Positions 26,493 to 35,421 of a stretch of 35,421 bases of DNA are shown piece by piece. The DNA is from Candidatus Omnitrophota bacterium (GTDB taxonomy: Bacteria > Omnitrophota > Gorgyraeia > Gygaellales > UBA12090). Each line of letters starts with the position of its first letter. Positions within the stretch are counted from its first letter, which is position 1. The translations under genes and the position numbers were made by a program. The notes under the pieces are model-generated. The model worked only from the letters and a program-made list of their open reading frames with translations, was not told where the DNA came from and did no database searches. The DNA lies in the NCBI GenBank assembly GCA_023247895.1, contig JAHFFP010000004.1, forward strand, positions 1 through 35,421, in the 5' to 3' direction.

Positions 26493-26537
26493 AAAGAGCT
26501 TTTAACTCCCCGAGAACGCCTTTTAATAATTACGCTT

Positions 26538-26684
26538 TTATATATCCAAAACATCTACTATCCGTACTAAAGTATCTACAGAAACATTTTCATGGCCATT
26601 TTTAATTTTAGAAATATACCGCTGGATTATTCCCAAATTTTTGGCTATATCTTTTTGAGTATATCTAAGCGGAGATAAAAACAC
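26538..26684 (-). pseudogene. Truncated XRE/Cro HTH (antitoxin-like) remnant, missed by the ORF track
   Basis: Minus-strand translation RYTQKDIAKNLGIIQRYISKIKNGHENVSVDTLVRIVDVLDI*. Confidence 0.7.
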
Positions 26685-26704
26685 TCACGAAGTCAAATAT
26701 TTAA

Positions 26705-26770
26705 TCCTAACAAATTGCTCAGGAGGGACACGGCAAAAGACCGTTGCACCACCCAGCTTAGTTGTTAACC
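26705..26770 (+). other. Integron attC-like recombination site
   Basis: TCCTAAC-5 nt-GCT[C]AGG...CCCAGC-6 nt-GTTAACC, with a central ACGG/CCGT stem. Confidence 0.55.
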
Positions 26771-26799
26771 GTCGCAAAAGTCTTACTTTTGCGACGGTT
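26767..26799. repeat. Perfect 15-bp-arm palindrome (IS-end-like)
   Basis: AACCGTCGCAAAAGT-CTT-ACTTTTGCGACGGTT. Confidence 0.75.
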
Positions 26800-27331
26800 G
26801 GATAGGGAAGCAAGCACAAAATAAGGGGGATTTGCTGGAGTTTTGCGATATTCAAAGCAAAATTTTCCTGTTCTTTCTAAGGTTTAAATAGACCTGTTTT
26901 CATTGCAGGCAAAATTTTGCCCAGAGGCTTTGAAGCACTGCGCGAAAGAGGCTCTGCATGCCGCCTTCGTAGATTATTTAATTGTTGTAGGCGGTAAGCG
27001 GACGAACTCTTCTTATAAACAAATATTTTTAGCGTGTAAAAACAAGTTGGTGTGAGGACGCTGCGGCTGGCAGCTGCCCCCGCCCAGCTGCCAGCCGCAA
27101 GCAGAGCCGAACACGCATTGTATTAGCAAGAAAGCCGTCCCGAGACGGCCGCCCAGCGAGGCTTTGCCCCAGCAGAGCCAAAACGGAGCTCGGGAGATGT
27201 GGGAGCGCCATCGGCGCGGTGCCATAGATTAAATTTTAGTTGCTATTGTTTTAAAATGAGTTCGAGCAGCGTATAATAGCTGCGACTAAATGAGGAGCCA
27301 ACAGGATTTGTTTTGCAACCTGTCCATTACT

Positions 27332-27661
27332 GTGAAAACCGTCATTCTTCTTACCATCTCCAACATTTTTATGACCATTGCCTGGTATGGGCATCTTAAA
27401 TATAAAAACTCGCCCCTTTGGATGGCGATATTGATAAGCTGGTTGATTGCCTCTGTGGAATATTGTTTTCAGGTGCCGGCAAACAGGATCGGCCATTATC
27501 AGTTTTCGGCAGCCCAGCTCAAAACCATTCAGGAAGTTATCACCCTCATCGTCTTTTGCGTCTTTTCCGTCGTCTACCTCAAGGAAGGGCTTAAGTGGAA
27601 TTATATCGTTGGTTTTCTTATGATTGCCGGCGCGGTATTCTTTGTATTCAAGAAGTGGTAA
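27332..27661 (+). CDS. DMT family membrane protein (DUF486)
   Basis: SNIFMTIAWYGHLK, EYCFQVPANRIG, QLKTIQEVITL; GTG 27332 or ATG 27290 start. Confidence 0.88.
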   Translation: MKTVILLTISNIFMTIAWYGHLKYKNSPLWMAILISWLIASVEYCFQVPANRIGHYQFSAAQLKTIQEVITLIVFCVFSVVYLKEGLKWNYIVGFLMIAGAVFFVFKKW

Positions 27662-27712
27662 GCTATTTGAATTTTTGCACGCCTCGCCATCCCTTTGATA
27701 AGTCAGAAGATA

Positions 27713-27984
27713 ATGCGTAAACGGGTTGAGGTTTTTTATTCAGGCAGGGTGCAGGGGGTGGGGTTTCGTTTTACTGCCGAGAGCATTGCCGGTGAGTTAG
27801 GAGTATGCGGCTGGGTGAAGAACCTGCGAGATGGCAATGTCCAGCTTATGGCAGAAGCAGAAGAAGGCATACTAAAAGATTTTTTAAGCAAAATTAAAGA
27901 ATCTTTTTCCCCGTATATTGCTGATAGCGATATTACATGGCTTGAGGCAACAAGTGAGTTTCAAGGATTTGAAATAAGGTTCTG

Positions 27985-27985
<1 letters not shown>
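27713..27985 (+). CDS. acyP: Acylphosphatase
   Basis: GRVQGVGFR, GWVKNLRDGNV. Confidence 0.93.
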
Positions 27986-31271
<3,286 letters not shown>

Positions 31272-31272
<1 letters not shown>

Positions 31273-31919
31273 TGCATATTGATACTCTTTCGGTAGGCGA
31301 AATTCAGGCGAATTGTTATATCGTCTCAAGTATAATAACCAAAAACGCCATACTCATTGACCCTGGCGATGAGTACGCAAAAATAAAGGCCTTTTTAGAC
31401 AAGAAGAAGCTCACTGCGCAATTGATTGTGCATACCCATGGCCACATTGACCATATTCAGGCGGATAACGAGTTTAAGCTTCCGGTGTATGTGCATAAGT
31501 TAGACGCCGAGCTTTTAATGAGCCCGGATAAGAATCTTTCCCGTTTTTTGAGCCATCCTTTTAGCGTGAATGCCAAAATAAAGGCGGTAGATGATTTAGC
31601 GCATATAACGCTTGATGATATATCGCTTGAGGTGCTGCATACGCCGGGGCATACCCCGGGAGGCATATGCCTAAAGTCAGATAATGTTATTTTTACCGGT
31701 GATACCCTTTTTGCGGGAAGTGTGGGTAGAACGGATTTCCCCGGGGCATCCTGCGAACAGCTTATGCAATCAATTAGGCGGCGCTTGCTGGTGTTTCCTG
31801 ATGCGACGATTATTTATCCCGGCCACGGCCCGTACTCAACTATAGGGAAAGAAAAGAAATTAAATCCTTTTTTGGTAAGCCATAAGGATGGCGGCGATGT
31901 GGCTGCCTGTTCTCTATAG
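31272..31919 (+). CDS. MBL-fold metallo-hydrolase (glyoxalase II-like)
   Basis: THGHIDHI, HTPGHTPG, GDTLF, PGHG. Confidence 0.92.
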
Positions 31920-31954
31920 GCCACCATAGAGTTATTTGAAAAGAAGAAGCTTCT

Positions 31955-32845
31955 GTGCGTCAATTTATTGAAAGTTTTTTGAATTACCTGTCTGTAGAAA
32001 GGTCGCTGAGTAAGAATACGATTATTTCTTACCGGCGCGATCTGGGGAAATATATTGCCTACCTTGAAAATGCCCGTATCAGCTCTTTAGCCGCCACTTC
32101 CCGTAAAGACATCAGCGATTTTATGTTTAGCCTTAAGGATAAGGGGTTATCTGCGACTTCAATTGCAAGAAATTTAGTAGCGATAAAGGTGTTCTACCGT
32201 TTTTTGGTGAGGGAGAGGATTTTACCGGCAGATCCCTCGAGCCTTTTAGATTCACCTAAGTTATGGAAAAAAATACCCGATGCCCTTACCCTTGAAGAAG
32301 TGAACGCCTTGCTCCAATCGGTGAATCTCGCCACTATTCAGGGCATCCGGGATAAGGCGATTTTAGAGTTGATGTACGCGACAGGAGTAAGGGTTTCCGA
32401 GGCAGTGAGCCTTAAAATGCAGGATATAAATTTAGACGTGGGGTTTTTACGCTGTATCGGGAAGGGATCAAAAGAGAGGATTGTCCCTTTAGGGAAAGCA
32501 GCAATAGACGCGCTTAAGGTGTATCTAGAAAAGTCAAGAACAAAGCTGCTTAAGAATACATCCGGTGATTCAATATTATTCGTAAGCCGTTTAGGTAAGC
32601 GCATTTCCCGGCAATCCTTTTGGAAATTGATTAAAGCCTATGCAAAGAAGGCGCATATCACAAAGGATGTCAGGCCGCATACGCTCAGGCATTCTTTTGC
32701 TACCCATCTTTTGGAAAGGGGTGCGGATTTGCGAAGCGTGCAAGAGATGCTTGGCCACGCAGATATTTCCACCACGCAAATATATACGCATATTGATAAA
32801 AACAGGCTTAAATTGATACATAAAACCTATCATCCCCGGCCTTAA
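31955..32845 (+). CDS. xerD: Site-specific tyrosine recombinase XerD
   Basis: YATGVRVSE, GKGSKER, PHTLRHSFATH, LGHADISTTQIYTH. Confidence 0.92.
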   Translation: MRQFIESFLNYLSVERSLSKNTIISYRRDLGKYIAYLENARISSLAATSRKDISDFMFSLKDKGLSATSIARNLVAIKVFYRFLVRERILPADPSSLLDSPKLWKKIPDALTLEEVNALLQSVNLATIQGIRDKAILELMYATGVRVSEAVSLKMQDINLDVGFLRCIGKGSKERIVPLGKAAIDALKVYLEKSRTKLLKNTSGDSILFVSRLGKRISRQSFWKLIKAYAKKAHITKDVRPHTLRHSFATHLLERGADLRSVQEMLGHADISTTQIYTHIDKNRLKLIHKTYHPRP

Positions 32846-32880
32846 GAAGCGTGTAAGTGTAAAGTGTGTAAGGGATACTC

Positions 32881-34194
32881 ATGACAATGGAGAATGTAGC
32901 GAAAAGATTGCATACGCAGCCACAAGAGGTTTTGGCGCGCTTAAGGTTTATCGGTAACGTAGCGCAGGAATTAGGGTATCCTGTGTACGTGGTCGGCGGT
33001 TTTGTGCGCGATTTGCTGCTTGGTGTTGAAGATTACGACCTTGATATCGTGGTTGAAGGTGATGGCATACACTTTGCGAAAGAGTTAAGCAGCCGTTTAC
33101 ATGTCGGGTTTGTCAAGCATAAGCAATTTGGCACCGCAACCCTTATTACTCATGATAAAGTGAAAGTAGACGTGGCAACGGCACGCCAGGAAACGTACGA
33201 GTATCCCGCCAGCCTTCCTAAAGTAAAGCCGGGCTCCATAAAGGATGATTTGGCAAGGCGTGATTTTACCATTAATGCCTTGGCACTAGATATTTCTAGG
33301 AATAATTTCGGCGCCTTAGTAGACTTCTTTCACGGCAGGAAGGATTTAAATAAAAAGGCAATCAGGGCATTGTATGATATAAGCTTTATAGATGATCCCA
33401 CGAGAATCCTTAGGGCAATACGTTTTGAACAGCGATTCGGTTTTACCATAGAGCGCCATACGTTTACGCTTTTGAAGGATGCGCTAAAAAAACATATGCT
33501 TGAAGCGGTGCATAAGCATCGTTTACGCGATGAGTTTATTTTAATACTCAAAGAGTCTCAAGCCTTTAAATGCATAAAGAGGATTAATGGCTTGTGCGGC
33601 TTTGCTTTTATTGAGAAAAAGTTACGGCTCAAGAAGAAGGCGCTCAACACGCTTAAAAAAATTGAAGGGACATATACATGGTTTAGGGATAATTATCCTC
33701 ACAAACACAAAGTAGAAGTTTGGCTTTTGTATTTGATGGTACTCTTGGAACATTTGGATAGCATGCGGCTTAAGAAGGTGTTCAAGGAATTCGCCTTTCG
33801 TAGATCTGAAATGGATGCGGCCAGTATTTTTAAAGAAGAAAGCAGCGCGATGCTCTCCAGGTTAAAGGCGCCAATCGCGCCAAGCGTCATCTACAAGATT
33901 TTACAGCCTTTGCCATACGAGGTGCTTTTATGTGTTTTCATAAAGGCGCATGATAAAAAAGTAAAAGACAAGATCAGAGATTTCTTATTCACGTATAAAA
34001 GTATACAAATTCATCTAAATGGAGAAGAGCTTAAGGCTTTGGGTATGGCTCCAGGCCCTCAATTTAAGCGCATTTTACTCCAGCTTTTATACGCGAAGCT
34101 AGACGGAAAGTTTAAAACTAAGGAAGAGGAACTCATTTATTTAAGGCATAATATTTTAGCTAAAAGTTGCGCTAAAAATGGAGGCAAAGTATGA
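32881..34194 (+). CDS. cca: tRNA nucleotidyltransferase (CCA/A-adding, poly(A) polymerase family)
   Basis: VVGGFVRD, DLD, RRDFTINA, DDPTRILRAIRF. Confidence 0.88.
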   Translation: MTMENVAKRLHTQPQEVLARLRFIGNVAQELGYPVYVVGGFVRDLLLGVEDYDLDIVVEGDGIHFAKELSSRLHVGFVKHKQFGTATLITHDKVKVDVATARQETYEYPASLPKVKPGSIKDDLARRDFTINALALDISRNNFGALVDFFHGRKDLNKKAIRALYDISFIDDPTRILRAIRFEQRFGFTIERHTFTLLKDALKKHMLEAVHKHRLRDEFILILKESQAFKCIKRINGLCGFAFIEKKLRLKKKALNTLKKIEGTYTWFRDNYPHKHKVEVWLLYLMVLLEHLDSMRLKKVFKEFAFRRSEMDAASIFKEESSAMLSRLKAPIAPSVIYKILQPLPYEVLLCVFIKAHDKKVKDKIRDFLFTYKSIQIHLNGEELKALGMAPGPQFKRILLQLLYAKLDGKFKTKEEELIYLRHNILAKSCAKNGGKV

Positions 34195-34562
34195 GTAGAG
34201 TCGAGAAAGTCGCGGAAGAATTAAGAAAAGAAATAGGCGCGATTGTCCAGAATGAGCTTAGTGATCCGCGTGTAGGATTTATTACTATTATGCGCGTAGA
34301 AATAACAAAGGATTTGCAGCTTGCTAAGGTATATTTCAGCGTGATGGGTAACGACCTGCAGAAACATAAGGCTCAGGAAGCCTTGGAATCTGCCAAGGGG
34401 TTTATCCGCAGGCTTATCGGTCAGAGGCTCGCCTTGCGCCTTACCCCTGAAATAATCTTTAAATTAGATACGTCAGTTGAATACAGCATCGATATCACCT
34501 CAAAAATGGAAAGGATGAAAGATGAGCTTAAGAAAAGTAAGAGCGTTGATACAAAAACATAG
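34191..34562 (+). CDS. rbfA: Ribosome-binding factor A
   Basis: DPRVGFITI, DLQLAKVY, LRLTPEIIFKLD. Confidence 0.95.
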   Translation: MSRVEKVAEELRKEIGAIVQNELSDPRVGFITIMRVEITKDLQLAKVYFSVMGNDLQKHKAQEALESAKGFIRRLIGQRLALRLTPEIIFKLDTSVEYSIDITSKMERMKDELKKSKSVDTKT

Positions 34563-35421
34563 GGTATTCTTAATTGCCACGCATGTGAACCCTGAAGCAG
34601 ATGGTGTAGGGGCTGAGCTTGCATTTTTATACCTTTTAAGAAAATTAGGAAAAAAGGGGATTGTGGTGAATGAAAGCAAGGTTCCTTATGAATGTGTATT
34701 TTTACCCGGCGCTAACGCCGTTCAGCCTGTGGGAAGGAAAATAAAGGGGGTTGATTGCGCGGTATTCTTAGACTGTTCCGAAGCCAGCCGCGCGGGGAAG
34801 GTTTCCGGCTTACTCTGTGATGATACCGTTACCTTAAATATAGACCACCATTTTTCAAATACGCGCTTTGCGAAAGTTAATTGGGTGGATGCGAAGGCCT
34901 CGTGCACCTGCGAGATGGTCTATCAGCTTTGCCGCAGCTTTAAGGTGGCAATAGACGCGGATATGGCGCTGCAGCTTTATTCGGGAATTGTGGCAGATAC
35001 AGGAAATTTCCGTTACAGTAATGCCGGAGCCTCAAGCCATCGTATCGCTGCAGAGTTGATAAAAAGAGGAGTTAATCCCTCTAAGGTCTATAATAAGCTT
35101 TTTGAGAATAATCCTTTTGACGATATTAAATTATTAGGCAGCGTATTGTCTGCCATAGAGAAGGATGCTTCAGGGATGATTGTATGGGCGAGCATCTCGC
35201 ACAATGTCCTCAACCATAAATTTCCCTCAATAGATTTAGCGGAAGTAGTTTTGAGTTTATTGCGTTCGATTAAGGGCGTTGAATTGGCTATCATTTTTAA
35301 GGAAGTAAAAGATAAGAAGAATCAAGCGCGCCTTAATTTCCGCTCCCAGAATACGTTTGATTGCAACCAATTGGCTTCCTGTTTTGGCGGGGGAGGCCAT
35401 AGAAACGCAAGCGGGGCTACG
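34522..35421 (+). CDS. nrnA: DHH/DHHA1 phosphoesterase (NrnA-like), runs off the window end; missed by the ORF track
   Basis: ATG 34522: MSLRKVRALIQKHRVFLIATHVNPEADG..IDHH..DTGNF..GGGGHRNASG; the rbfA-nrnA order is common. Confidence 0.88.
   Translation, partial: MSLRKVRALIQKHRVFLIATHVNPEADGVGAELAFLYLLRKLGKKGIVVNESKVPYECVFLPGANAVQPVGRKIKGVDCAVFLDCSEASRAGKVSGLLCDDTVTLNIDHHFSNTRFAKVNWVDAKASCTCEMVYQLCRSFKVAIDADMALQLYSGIVADTGNFRYSNAGASSHRIAAELIKRGVNPSKVYNKLFENNPFDDIKLLGSVLSAIEKDASGMIVWASISHNVLNHKFPSIDLAEVVLSLLRSIKGVELAIIFKEVKDKKNQARLNFRSQNTFDCNQLASCFGGGGHRNASGAT

Noticed and set aside
27013-27225. Short minus-strand ORFs in the GC-rich patch
   Set aside because: No recognisable motifs or SD; likely by-products of GC-rich palindromic DNA.
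31880-31935. Fluoride riboswitch (GGCGATG) before xerD
   Set aside because: Lacks the rest of the aptamer consensus and lies inside a coding 3' end.
31955-32845. Integron or phage integrase serving the islet
   Set aside because: Typical XerD length and motifs, no IntI-specific insertion evident, and housekeeping context.

Overview
Bacterial chromosomal window with almost all genes on the + strand and the standard genetic code (TGA ends many genes). Gene content and dense short palindromic or 7-mer repeats suggest an uncultured anaerobe, perhaps Ca. Omnitrophota (inference only). In order: a bactofilin-HTH/HTH-TM pair; larB and fmdE; a Wood-Ljungdahl corrinoid module (acsC-acsV-cooC-acsD-acsE); tRNA-Met; tilS-ftsH-folP-cdaA-(TM-only mini-cdaR)-pdxJ-acpS-nnrD; tRNA-Thr; a free-standing HTH+LAGLIDADG-like ORF; a tRNA-Tyr(GUA) split by a 247-nt group I intron; thpR-cinA on the minus strand; an FMN riboswitch carrying repeat insertions and the rib operon (ribH has an in-frame TGA); fluC; tRNA-Pro followed by a ~3-kb accessory islet; and housekeeping genes (acyP, ligA, xerD, cca, rbfA, nrnA). 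Two features stand out. (1) A 268-bp element made only of a GIY-YIG nuclease ORF between 13-bp inverted repeats, with a 4-bp target duplication, inserted without apparent damage into an MntA-HepT toxin-antitoxin operon; a 44-bp ORF-less element with the same end architecture rebuilt the 5' end of tRNA-Pro. (2) An ORF-less group I intron in the tRNA-Tyr anticodon, next to a free-standing homing-endonuclease-like gene.
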